Shown here piece by piece: positions 28,878 to 37,798 of a stretch of DNA of 64,000 bases. The position numbers and the translations under genes were made by a program. The stretch is from an uncultured Gammaproteobacteria bacterium (GTDB lineage: Bacteria; Patescibacteriota; Microgenomatia; 2-02-FULL-39-11): positions 148,898 through 212,897 of the forward strand of contig CAZFNL010000137.1 in the NCBI GenBank assembly GCA_964520615.1. The letters are read 5' to 3'. Position 1 is the stretch's first letter. Each line of letters begins with the position of its first letter. The notes below the pieces were generated by a model, which had not been told where the DNA came from, ran no database searches, and was given only the letters and a program-made list of their open reading frames with translations.

Positions 28878-29798
28878 TTAGTAATTTTTCCCCGTCAAGA
28901 TGCACAAAGGATTCTTATATTTATAACCATTCTTTGCTGCTTTCCTCACCGCCCCCAAAGTAAGACCGCCTTCTATGGAACAGTTATAACCTTTGCCCAA
29001 AAGGTATCTACATTCTCCTTCCGCCTCTTCATCGGATATAACCCAACCAAAACCTTTACTCCTTTCTACAATATCTGATACCTGAAGTTGTCTTGGAGTA
29101 AAACGAGCGACAATCGCATCCACAACACTTTTTTTACGCTCAATAAAATCTCTGTCATATAATCCGGCCAAAGGATGAATAGATTGCGATTGGACAAAAT
29201 GAATGGCAGGATGGTAACCCCACTTCTTGCATCCCATCGAAAAACCAACAAGAGTCGTACCGCTACTGACAGGCAGAAATACAGCGTCCGGCTTTTCCTC
29301 GAAATTGCCTTCTGTAAACAGTTCATAAGCTAAAGTTTCATATCCGAAAAGCGCATTTTCGTCTTTGGATTGTCTGAGATTATATACATTATTCTCCTTT
29401 GCAAACTTAAAAGCATTACTGACTGGTTTATCACTTATCTCCAACCTACATTCTGATTTTTTCAATACTTCAAGTTTTCTTTTGTTTATATTGGGAGAAA
29501 CGAAAACCGTTAACTTGATCCCATGAAGATTGCAATAACAGGCTGCAGATATGGCTGCATTTCCAGATGATGAGATAACTGCAGAATTTATGCCTTTCTC
29601 TTCCAACACTGCCGTTTGATAAGCAAGACTTCTGTCCTTTACGGAACCAGTAGGATTTTCGTATTCGCACTTAAAATAAGTACTATTATCCCTTTTTAGA
29701 GATGTACTTCCCTCACCCAATGTCTTTTGAAAATTCCTCTCTACTTTTGGAAGTAATTTTTGGTATTCCCAAATCCCTTTTTTCACTTGTCTGTCCAT
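28878..29798 (-). CDS. PLP-dependent enzyme, tryptophan-synthase-beta superfamily (cysteine synthase/threonine synthase-like)
   Basis: NPTGSVKDRSL carries the PLP lysine. SSGNAAISAACY is the Gly-rich PLP phosphate loop. Confidence 0.75.
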   Translation of the reverse strand: MDRQVKKGIWEYQKLLPKVERNFQKTLGEGSTSLKRDNSTYFKCEYENPTGSVKDRSLAYQTAVLEEKGINSAVISSSGNAAISAACYCNLHGIKLTVFVSPNINKRKLEVLKKSECRLEISDKPVSNAFKFAKENNVYNLRQSKDENALFGYETLAYELFTEGNFEEKPDAVFLPVSSGTTLVGFSMGCKKWGYHPAIHFVQSQSIHPLAGLYDRDFIERKKSVVDAIVARFTPRQLQVSDIVERSKGFGWVISDEEAEGECRYLLGKGYNCSIEGGLTLGAVRKAAKNGYKYKNPLCILTGKNY

Positions 29799-29821
29799 AT
29801 AAAATATGATTTAATTATAAT

Positions 29822-29998
29822 ATGGATAACCCTTCGGACAAAGACATCAGTGCAAAATGTCCTGAATGTGACACGCCTCTTACCCTTCTTCAAGATACAA
29901 AAGCCGGGCAGGTAGTGGAATGCCCTGCTTGCGGCACTGAAAGCGAAGTTGTTAGCCTCGAGCCTCTGCAGCTCTCCCCTTTGGAGGAAGAGAAATAA
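29822..29998 (+). CDS. LysW-like zinc-ribbon protein (amino-group carrier protein family), 58 aa. Absent from the ORF track because it is <60 aa.
   Basis: MDNPSDKDISAKCPECDTPLTLLQDTKAGQVVECPACGTESEVVSLEPLQLSPLEEEK has two CxxC pairs. Its overall pattern matches Thermus LysW (CPECGAEL...VVxCxxCGAELEVVxLDPLRLEP...EE), but it ends in EEEK rather than EDWGE. Confidence 0.6.
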   Translation: MDNPSDKDISAKCPECDTPLTLLQDTKAGQVVECPACGTESEVVSLEPLQLSPLEEEK

Positions 29999-31388
29999 TT
30001 ATATCTTTCAGCGACTTTTTCCCTTTTATAAATTTTGTATAGAAAAATGCTGCTGCCGGAGAGACAAGAATTGAATCTCCATTTTGCGATTGTAGGAAGC
30101 AATTTCTGAGTGCTGATTCTAAATTATTTTCAATTATCAAATAATCATCGTCTAAACCCTTATTTTTCAAAAAATCCGATAATTGGCTTGACAAAGCGAA
30201 TATTTTTTTAATATTTCCTTTCATTTTTTTAATCCTTTCAAAAAATGCCAGATAATCTATACCTTTTGTATTACCCCCAACAATTAGGAATATACCGTTA
30301 GAAATTCTCTCCAAGGCCGCCATAGTCGCCCAGGGTGTAGTACTTTTGATATCATCATAGATTCCTATACCAGACACTGTATCAATCAATTGAAGCCTCG
30401 CTGGTAATGATTGAGTTTTTCCTAATGACTTTAATATCTCCTTATTTGGAATATTCAATAAATTTGCTACAGTTGATGCAGCAAGTATATTCCCAAAATA
30501 TTGATCACTATTTATATTCTTTAGTATATGGAATGAATTTTGAATACTTATATTGTTCTTATCTTGAGATTTAACGCTGTAATATATGATTTGTGATTTA
30601 ATTTGAGCATCAATATTCCTCAATTCTAAATTGTCATAGTTTAATACGACATAATCACTTTCTGTTTGACGCGATAAAAGAGATAGTTTTAATTGCTTGT
30701 ATCTATCCCAACTCACTTCATCTTGATGATTGGGAAAAAGATTGGTGACTACCGCAATATGGGGACAACGACTTATTCCATCCTGAAGCTGACGGTGGGA
30801 AACTTCAAGCACAAGATAGTCATCTTTTGTCATACCGTCAAGCTTCTCGGCTATCTGAGTCATCCAGGTATCATTCCCTGCAAAATAGACACTTTTACCT
30901 GCTGACTGTAATATGTTAACTATTAAATTTACAACACTACCTTTCCCGACTGTTCCTGTCACGCCTATTATGATTGCCTGGGTCAACTCAAGATAGAGCC
31001 TGGTGAGAGAAAAGAAAGGAATTCTTTTTTTTATTGCCTGCCATAAAGGTGCGTTTTCTTTAGGATAAAGCCTCCAGGACTGGGGAACAAAAATAATATC
31101 GGCTTCCAATACATCTGATAAATAATCTTTTCCGAATCTGCCTTTAACAAGATTAAGATCAGACATGAATTGACTAAACATTCTCTTTCTTTCATCCTTT
31201 GAGACACCCTTATGCCAAAGTTTGTAACTTTTTTCCAATGTCTCAGAAGTTGAAAAATCGTGAACTGTAATATTTCGCACCTCATTCTTCTGAAGAAAAC
31301 GTAGTATTCCACTACCTTCAGAACCCGTAACACCAACAATATGTATTTTTTTACTGTGTAGAGAATCAATAAATTCCGTTACGGCCAT
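29952..31388 (-). CDS. murD: Mur ligase family protein, MurD-like (UDP-MurNAc-L-Ala:D-Glu ligase-like)
   Basis: N-terminal Rossmann IHIVGVTGSEGSGILRFL, Mur P-loop IIGVTGTVGKGS, central LVLEVSHRQL (compare MurD VLELSSFQLE) and VTNLFPNHQD. Its 3' end overlaps the lysW-like gene convergently by 47 bp. Confidence 0.6.
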   Translation of the reverse strand: MAVTEFIDSLHSKKIHIVGVTGSEGSGILRFLQKNEVRNITVHDFSTSETLEKSYKLWHKGVSKDERKRMFSQFMSDLNLVKGRFGKDYLSDVLEADIIFVPQSWRLYPKENAPLWQAIKKRIPFFSLTRLYLELTQAIIIGVTGTVGKGSVVNLIVNILQSAGKSVYFAGNDTWMTQIAEKLDGMTKDDYLVLEVSHRQLQDGISRCPHIAVVTNLFPNHQDEVSWDRYKQLKLSLLSRQTESDYVVLNYDNLELRNIDAQIKSQIIYYSVKSQDKNNISIQNSFHILKNINSDQYFGNILAASTVANLLNIPNKEILKSLGKTQSLPARLQLIDTVSGIGIYDDIKSTTPWATMAALERISNGIFLIVGGNTKGIDYLAFFERIKKMKGNIKKIFALSSQLSDFLKNKGLDDDYLIIENNLESALRNCFLQSQNGDSILVSPAAAFFYTKFIKGKKSLKDIIISLPPKGRAAEARG

Positions 31389-31390
31389 AC

Positions 31391-32119
31391 TTAGGAGAAA
31401 ATTCTTAAACGATAGATTCCGTCTTTTGACTCAGGATGGAAATATTTTCTTCCAAAGTTTTCACCTTTTCGAGTGATTTCTTGCCATTTTTGCTTTTCAA
31501 GAGATTTTGACCAATCCTTTATTTTTATTATCCCTTCATGAACACCATAAATTTCGGTCGATTTAGATGAATGGATATATTTTATTTCCGTGCTATTTTT
31601 TGCAAGTATGACAAGCATGTGCTTTCCTCTCATCATGCGTATGATATCACCCAATTTAACTTCTGAAATCTTTTCTACTGGAACGGCATATTCACTACTT
31701 GTAAACCTGATCACATTGGTTCTATCGATTCCCCCGGAAAATACTTCATCTAAAGAAAATCCCGGCATTGTCTCTTTTGCATAACCCATATCCGAAAGCT
31801 TATCCAATATTCTGTATGATAATCCTGAACAGTCAATACCTATTCTTTCTCTTTTAGCCAGCTTGTATAAACTGTTTTTATCATCCATATATGCTTGCAA
31901 ATCTTTAATATTCCTTAGAATCTCTTCTTTTATTTCACCTGCCGTTCCCTTTCCGTTGGCAAATCCCCTCAGTACCACCTTTCCTTCTCTTATCTTATTC
32001 ATCCAGTAAGGACATGCTATTTCTATTCCATTAATTTCCATCCTCAGATATTCGTCCAAAAAAGGCCTGATTAAACTATAATAGTCATTCATATTCTTAC
32101 CAGAAACTGAGTGAAGCAA
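31391..32119 (-). CDS. Putative NlpC/P60-family cysteine peptidase/amidase
   Basis: IGIDCSGLSYRIL (Cys box) followed by GDIIRM...GKHMLVIL (His box). 242 aa. Confidence 0.4.
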   Translation of the reverse strand: MLHSVSGKNMNDYYSLIRPFLDEYLRMEINGIEIACPYWMNKIREGKVVLRGFANGKGTAGEIKEEILRNIKDLQAYMDDKNSLYKLAKRERIGIDCSGLSYRILDKLSDMGYAKETMPGFSLDEVFSGGIDRTNVIRFTSSEYAVPVEKISEVKLGDIIRMMRGKHMLVILAKNSTEIKYIHSSKSTEIYGVHEGIIKIKDWSKSLEKQKWQEITRKGENFGRKYFHPESKDGIYRLRIFS

Positions 32120-32735
32120 AAGCTATTCCTGTCCCTAAAAGCGTCCCTCCCAATACATCTGATGTCCAGTGCTCAGCAAGATAAATCCTACTGATAAACA
32201 TCAGAATAATAAAAGAAAATATTAATAAAGCTATTATTTTCTTAGTTCTCTTACTCCACCCAGACGTAAAAACTATAAAAAAGGCGATAATAGCGATAAA
32301 GGAAGTTCGAGCCATATGCCCCGAAGGATAGGAAAAATTTGTATCAATTATCGAACCGCTTGGCAAGCTGAAACTCAAGGCGTATCTATGGAACACTTCA
32401 GGAGTGACGGGATGGTTTATATACATTTTGCCAAAAACCTCAAAGACGAAAATAAGAAAATAAAGAGCAAGTCCGATAAAAATATGATGCCTTTTGAATA
32501 GGAAATAAAAAAACAACAATATTAAAATTAAAATTGTCGCTTCCGTTGAACCTGCTAGCGAAAACAAAGAAAAGGGCATATCAAATAATCTACTCAAGTG
32601 ATTTTGAAGAATAAGAAGAAAATTGTAATCAAAAGCGCGGAAAATATCTCTGTTTACAAGTATGCTTAGAGAGAGAAAGCACAGTATAAGGATTAATGCC
32701 AATCTGATAAAAACCCATCTCAGCCTGTCAGTCAT
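32097..32735 (-). CDS. PAP2-family membrane phosphatase (undecaprenyl-diphosphatase/BcrC-like)
   Basis: PSGH and SRx5Hx3D-like motifs (YPSGHMARTS, AEHWTSDVLGG). 6 TM. Confidence 0.7.
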   Translation of the reverse strand: MTDRLRWVFIRLALILILCFLSLSILVNRDIFRAFDYNFLLILQNHLSRLFDMPFSLFSLAGSTEATILILILLFFYFLFKRHHIFIGLALYFLIFVFEVFGKMYINHPVTPEVFHRYALSFSLPSGSIIDTNFSYPSGHMARTSFIAIIAFFIVFTSGWSKRTKKIIALLIFSFIILMFISRIYLAEHWTSDVLGGTLLGTGIAFASLSFW

Positions 32736-32795
32736 AATTTAATCAAAATTACTATGTAGTACACCACGTTATTCTATTTTAAGTTATGGGGAAGT

Positions 32796-33404
32796 TTATT
32801 TCCAATTATAGTGACCATCTTTAATTTCCAATATGGTAAAAGCAGCGGTTTTTAGGTAATTATCCTTTTTATATTTCCAGGTGAAAGGAGTATGGTTGAT
32901 TTCTGCCTTTAATATTACAATCGGATCACCATGGGAAACCACAAGAATTTCTTGACCATTGTGTCTTTTTTCAATCATTTTCAAGAATTTTCTCATTCTT
33001 TCTGTGATTGACTCCACACTTTCCTGACCTTTAAGGTAATATTTGTTATCATATAGACTAGGCTGGATTTTTGCCTTATATTCCACAAGGGGCATCCCTT
33101 CAAAAATAAGTTTGACTTCGTTTAAGAAACTTGAGATCTTAACTTTAATTCCCAATTCTTCTGAAAGTATTTTTGCGGATTGTCTTGTTCTAAGCATTGA
33201 ACTGGCATAAATAAAACTAATCTTTTTCTTTTTCAGATTTTCAGCCTGAAGCCTAACGCTTTCTCTACCATACTCTGATAATCTAAAACCGGGCATCCGC
33301 CCGTATAAAATTCTTTTTGGGTTGCGGACTTCACCGTGCCTCATAAAATAAATTTTAGTTTTCATATAGAGTTCAATTTGCTCCGAATTTTTTATAAACT
33401 TCAA
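32796..33404 (-). CDS. Histidine phosphatase family protein (phosphoglycerate-mutase-like)
   Basis: FMRHGE catalytic RHG motif. 202 aa. Confidence 0.75.
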   Translation of the reverse strand: MKFIKNSEQIELYMKTKIYFMRHGEVRNPKRILYGRMPGFRLSEYGRESVRLQAENLKKKKISFIYASSMLRTRQSAKILSEELGIKVKISSFLNEVKLIFEGMPLVEYKAKIQPSLYDNKYYLKGQESVESITERMRKFLKMIEKRHNGQEILVVSHGDPIVILKAEINHTPFTWKYKKDNYLKTAAFTILEIKDGHYNWK

Positions 33405-34572
33405 CCACCTTTTGCGACTGCTTATCCCAGCAATAATTTAGGCTTTCCCCTACTGCATTTTTCCCCAATTCTAGACGATATTTTTTGTCGTGTAATAATT
33501 CCCAAAGCACCGACGAAAGTTCTTTCATATCGTTATTTCTGAAAAATCTTCCGCTTTCACCATCTCTGATGATATACTTCATACCTCCCGTCTTTGAAGC
33601 TATGACCGCGCATCCACATGCCATGGCTTCAAGTATCACAAGACCAAAAGACTCATATAAAGAAGGTAAAACAGTTATATCAGCAGCCGAATAATAATAG
33701 GGTAATTTAGAATGAGGTTTGCTACCTATGAAATGAATACAGCATTCCAGTTCCTTCTCTTTAATCAATTGTCTTATTTTTTTTACTTCGGTATTTTCCC
33801 AAAATTTACGATTTTCTATATCTCCTCCTATAAGAAGCACTCGGAATTTCTTTGAAAAAGATGAGTATAATCTAGTCAATTTTCCAATCGCCTCAATTAG
33901 AACACTTAAGCCCTTGATAGGATCGATTCTTCCCACAAACAATATAATTTTCTTTTTCAGGGGTAATTTTAATTTCAGTCTAGAAAATATTTTATTTCTG
34001 GGAAAAAAAAGGTGATGATTTACACCCGGCGGCACAATAAATATTTTATGATTATATGCACCATAAGTTTTTATCAGATCTACTTTTTCCAACTCTGTTG
34101 ATGCAATAATTCCGTCACTTTTTTCTACTACTTTCCGTTCGTTTTTTTTCCTAAAATTATTCTTTTGTCCGACATATACTTCTTTTGCAATTTCCAGACT
34201 GTGAAAGGTAGTTATAAAAGGAATTTTCAACTTGTTTTTGATCTGAATTGCTACTAAACCTGAAAAATAATAATGCGCATGTATAATGTCGTAATTTATG
34301 TCTTCCTTTTTAATAAATTTTTCGATTTTTAAGGCAAACTGCTTATAATTCCCCAACTTTCCCGAATCAAGATGAATAATTCTGATATTCTTATTTCCTG
34401 TAAGTATCTTTTCATCTTTTTGGGAATGTACTCTGGTATAGACATCAACGTTGTGACCCAATTTACCTAGGTTATTTACCAGGTTTATCACGTATATGTT
34501 CATTCCACCTGCAGTCAAGACACCTGTGGGAGTAAGAGGACAAGACCAATATGATATTATGCATATATTCAT
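33373..34572 (-). CDS. Family 4 glycosyltransferase
   Basis: GT4 C-terminal E-x7-E region ESFGLVILEAMACGCAVIAS and FVGRIDPIKG. Confidence 0.8.
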   Translation of the reverse strand: MNICIISYWSCPLTPTGVLTAGGMNIYVINLVNNLGKLGHNVDVYTRVHSQKDEKILTGNKNIRIIHLDSGKLGNYKQFALKIEKFIKKEDINYDIIHAHYYFSGLVAIQIKNKLKIPFITTFHSLEIAKEVYVGQKNNFRKKNERKVVEKSDGIIASTELEKVDLIKTYGAYNHKIFIVPPGVNHHLFFPRNKIFSRLKLKLPLKKKIILFVGRIDPIKGLSVLIEAIGKLTRLYSSFSKKFRVLLIGGDIENRKFWENTEVKKIRQLIKEKELECCIHFIGSKPHSKLPYYYSAADITVLPSLYESFGLVILEAMACGCAVIASKTGGMKYIIRDGESGRFFRNNDMKELSSVLWELLHDKKYRLELGKNAVGESLNYCWDKQSQKVVEVYKKFGAN

Positions 34573-34714
34573 AACTTACCAGTACTTTATACTCTTGGGT
34601 TTTGACTTTTCCTCAATGTTTGATCCAGAGGATAACATTTTGTAACTAACTACTAGTTGAAGTCAAAAATATAAACCATATAATATCAGAAAAGCGCTAA
34701 AATTTATATCAATC

Positions 34715-35419
34715 ATGAAAAAAACCTCGTTGGTAAGTATTATTTTACCCACATACAATGAATCAGGAAATATCGTTCCCCTGATTTCACAAATCATAAC
34801 ACAAATGAAATCAAATACTTTTGAGATATGGGTTGTTGACGACAACAGTCCTGATGGTACTGCAGAAAAGGTAAAGGAAAAATATAGAATGGATAAAAGA
34901 GTACATATTCTGGTCAAAAAAAACGAAAGGGGTTTAGCCCGCGCAATAAGAAGCGGCTTAGAAATAGCATCCGGCAAGTTGATTATCGTGATGGATACTG
35001 ATTTTAATCACAATCCTTCAGATATCCCATTATTTCTTGAAAATAAAGATAAATACGATTTAATCGTCGGTTCAAGATACATAAGCGGAGGCGGGATGGA
35101 TGATCGGTTGAGATATTTTCTCAGTTATCTTTATAACCGGGCAGTGAGAATTATTCTAAAATTGAATACTACAGATAATCTCAGTGGTTTTTTTCTTATA
35201 AATAAGCAAAAACTGTCTCTGTTGAATTATGATAAAATATTTTTCGGATACGGAGATTATTTCATCAGACTTCTTTACAATGCGCATCAATTCAAATTTA
35301 AGATCAAGGAAATTCCTTCATATTACAAGAATCGTCCAAGCGGATTAAGCAAGTCACAATTCATTCCCATGTTTATCGATTATTCCAAATCAGTCTTGAA
35401 AATTGCTTCCGGCAAATGA
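34715..35419 (+). CDS. Family 2 glycosyltransferase (polyprenol-phosphate sugar transferase-like)
   Basis: IILPTYNESGNI...VVDDNSPDGT. Confidence 0.8.
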   Translation: MKKTSLVSIILPTYNESGNIVPLISQIITQMKSNTFEIWVVDDNSPDGTAEKVKEKYRMDKRVHILVKKNERGLARAIRSGLEIASGKLIIVMDTDFNHNPSDIPLFLENKDKYDLIVGSRYISGGGMDDRLRYFLSYLYNRAVRIILKLNTTDNLSGFFLINKQKLSLLNYDKIFFGYGDYFIRLLYNAHQFKFKIKEIPSYYKNRPSGLSKSQFIPMFIDYSKSVLKIASGK

Positions 35420-36990
35420 CCAAAATAAAAATTAAATTCCCTTTTTACTTAGGGATAACCATCACTCTTTTATATCTTGCAGTTAATCTAATGGTAATAA
35501 ATCACTACGGCGTCACCTGGGATTATACTTACCATTTTAACGCCGGTTTGTGGCATCTGCATCTTCCGCAAACTGATCCCGGCTTTATCATGGGCCCCTC
35601 CCCTCCATTGTCTGATACTTTACCTGTTGTTTCGTACGAAATTTTCTCGCGGCTTTTTCATTTACTGCCTTGGGACAGTGCCTACAACTTGTACTCTGTG
35701 ATATTAGGATCCCTTGGTATCGGATTGCTGTATTTCATGGTTAAAAGGCTTCTGAACTGGCAAATAGCTCTTTTCTCCGCAATCAGTTTGGCTCTTCTTC
35801 CTCGCTATTTTGGTCATCTTCACAATAATATGAAAGACATCCCTCAAGCGGTATTTTTCACCCTTGCCATATTTAGCTTTTGGCTTTTCTATAAAAAAAC
35901 AAACTGGAAAACACTGCTTTTCTCAACTTTTACCGTAGCGCTATCGTTTAACAGCAAAGTCAATGCAATTTTTATCCCCATAATCGCATTTTCATTTCTT
36001 TTTTGCGTCTTTGTCAGAGATAGATACTATGGTAAATTCAGCCTTAAACCCAAAATAAAAATGGTAATTCTTTACTTTATTCTCTCGCCTGTTTTTTCCT
36101 TCATAGTCTGGGCTCCTTTCTGGCCTCATCCCGTTAGCCGACTGATTGAGGCAAGCCATTCTTATACCACTTCCACTATGAATATGCCCATTCTATACTT
36201 TAGTGATATCGTTTTCTCGGGGCAAAATGTCCCCTGGCATTATCCATTCGGTATCCTAGCTGTTACCACTCCGGTAGTGATGCTTATTTTTTCCCTGATT
36301 GGACTTCTCACTATACTTTCTTGGAATAAAATCCGGTTTGAAGAAAAAGTTTTTATACTACTGTGGTTTGTCATACCTGTCTCCCGATATTTCAAACCTC
36401 ATATGATTGTCATTGATGATATAAGACATTTTATGGAAGTCATTTTCCCTTTTGCAGCTCTCTCTGGATTGGGTGTCTACTCTTTTTTTTATTTTGTTAC
36501 AAATAAGCTTAAAAACAAAATAACTATAAAAAACAAGATGTCTATATTTATATGCCTATCATTGATCTACTTTGCTTATCTTTCCTATCAGATAATCACA
36601 TATCACCCATATGAAACGAGTTATTTTGGAGAATTAATAGGTGGAATACAAAAAGCTTCACATAAATTTGATATCGAATTTTGGGCCTCGGCATACAAAC
36701 ATGCCATGGGCTACATCAATAAAAACGCGCCTAAAAACGCGCGAATCATAATTCCGATGGCTCCTGATATCGCCAAGCTTTATCTCAGAGATGACCTAAC
36801 CGCAAAACTTAATACCGCCAATATGGCCGGTGCCCAAAGTTATTTATATTCACAAAGCGACTATACGGTCGTATTAAACCGTGAATCATTCTTCTCCTGG
36901 TATGGGATTTACCCGTATATTCAAACTCATAAACCAATTTACACCTTGTCTGTTCAAAATGTCCCTCTCGTCTCTATTTACAAAAACTGA
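35416..36990 (+). CDS. GT-C superfamily membrane glycosyltransferase (ArnT/PMT-like)
   Basis: 524 aa with about 12 TM. It sits between two GT2 genes that presumably supply the lipid-linked donor. It overlaps the upstream GT2 by 4 bp. Confidence 0.55.
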   Translation: MTKIKIKFPFYLGITITLLYLAVNLMVINHYGVTWDYTYHFNAGLWHLHLPQTDPGFIMGPSPPLSDTLPVVSYEIFSRLFHLLPWDSAYNLYSVILGSLGIGLLYFMVKRLLNWQIALFSAISLALLPRYFGHLHNNMKDIPQAVFFTLAIFSFWLFYKKTNWKTLLFSTFTVALSFNSKVNAIFIPIIAFSFLFCVFVRDRYYGKFSLKPKIKMVILYFILSPVFSFIVWAPFWPHPVSRLIEASHSYTTSTMNMPILYFSDIVFSGQNVPWHYPFGILAVTTPVVMLIFSLIGLLTILSWNKIRFEEKVFILLWFVIPVSRYFKPHMIVIDDIRHFMEVIFPFAALSGLGVYSFFYFVTNKLKNKITIKNKMSIFICLSLIYFAYLSYQIITYHPYETSYFGELIGGIQKASHKFDIEFWASAYKHAMGYINKNAPKNARIIIPMAPDIAKLYLRDDLTAKLNTANMAGAQSYLYSQSDYTVVLNRESFFSWYGIYPYIQTHKPIYTLSVQNVPLVSIYKN

Positions 36991-37012
36991 TTTACCGATA
37001 AAATAATGGTAT

Positions 37013-37798
37013 TTGAAAATGCTCAAAAACCTATCCATAATAATCCCTGCCAGGAATGAAGAACATAACTTAGCCAAAATTATTCCTCTTATAGTCAAAA
37101 AATACCATCAGTACATACTCGAAATTATCATAGTAGACGATAACTCAACAGATGGTACATATTTAAGCGCGCGGGAGCTAAGGAAGCAATATAAAAAGAT
37201 AAAAATAGTCAGAAGAATACGAAATCCAGGAGTTGGTCTAGCAATAAAAGAGGGAATAAAAAATCTCTCTCCAAAATCGGAATATGTCCTTTTTATGGAT
37301 TGTGATTTTTTGACAAACGTTTCCGATATTGCCAAATTCATCAAAAAGATCGACGGCTTTGACGGTATTGCCGGTTCCAGATTTATTACCCGCGGCTCTC
37401 TCAAAAACTATCCATTCATAAAACTGCTTGCAAATCGCTCCTTCCACTTCCTATCCCACCTGATTATCGGTATTCCCCACTCTGATTTGACTAATAATTT
37501 CAAACTTTATAGAAAAAACCTTGTCGACAAGCTTTATCCAATTTTACGCAGCCCGAACTTTGCTATAAACGCTGAATTGGGATATTATCCTGTTATAGCA
37601 GGTGCCTCAATAGGACAAATTCCTGTAAGTTGGAAGGAAAGGACAGAACTTATGGGACTATCCAAATTCAAAATCTTTCGAGTAGGTCCCTCCTATTTTC
37701 TTGTTTTTCTAAGACTAATTGGTATGAAACTCCAACCGGCTATGATTAAAACAATCGCCGCACATCCTAAAAGTGATAGTTTACCCCCGAAAAAGTAA
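37013..37798 (+). CDS. Family 2 glycosyltransferase
   Basis: IIIPARNEEHNL...IIVDDNSTDGT. Its 3' end overlaps the convergent YfhO-like gene by about 106 bp. Confidence 0.75.
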   Translation: MKMLKNLSIIIPARNEEHNLAKIIPLIVKKYHQYILEIIIVDDNSTDGTYLSARELRKQYKKIKIVRRIRNPGVGLAIKEGIKNLSPKSEYVLFMDCDFLTNVSDIAKFIKKIDGFDGIAGSRFITRGSLKNYPFIKLLANRSFHFLSHLIIGIPHSDLTNNFKLYRKNLVDKLYPILRSPNFAINAELGYYPVIAGASIGQIPVSWKERTELMGLSKFKIFRVGPSYFLVFLRLIGMKLQPAMIKTIAAHPKSDSLPPKK

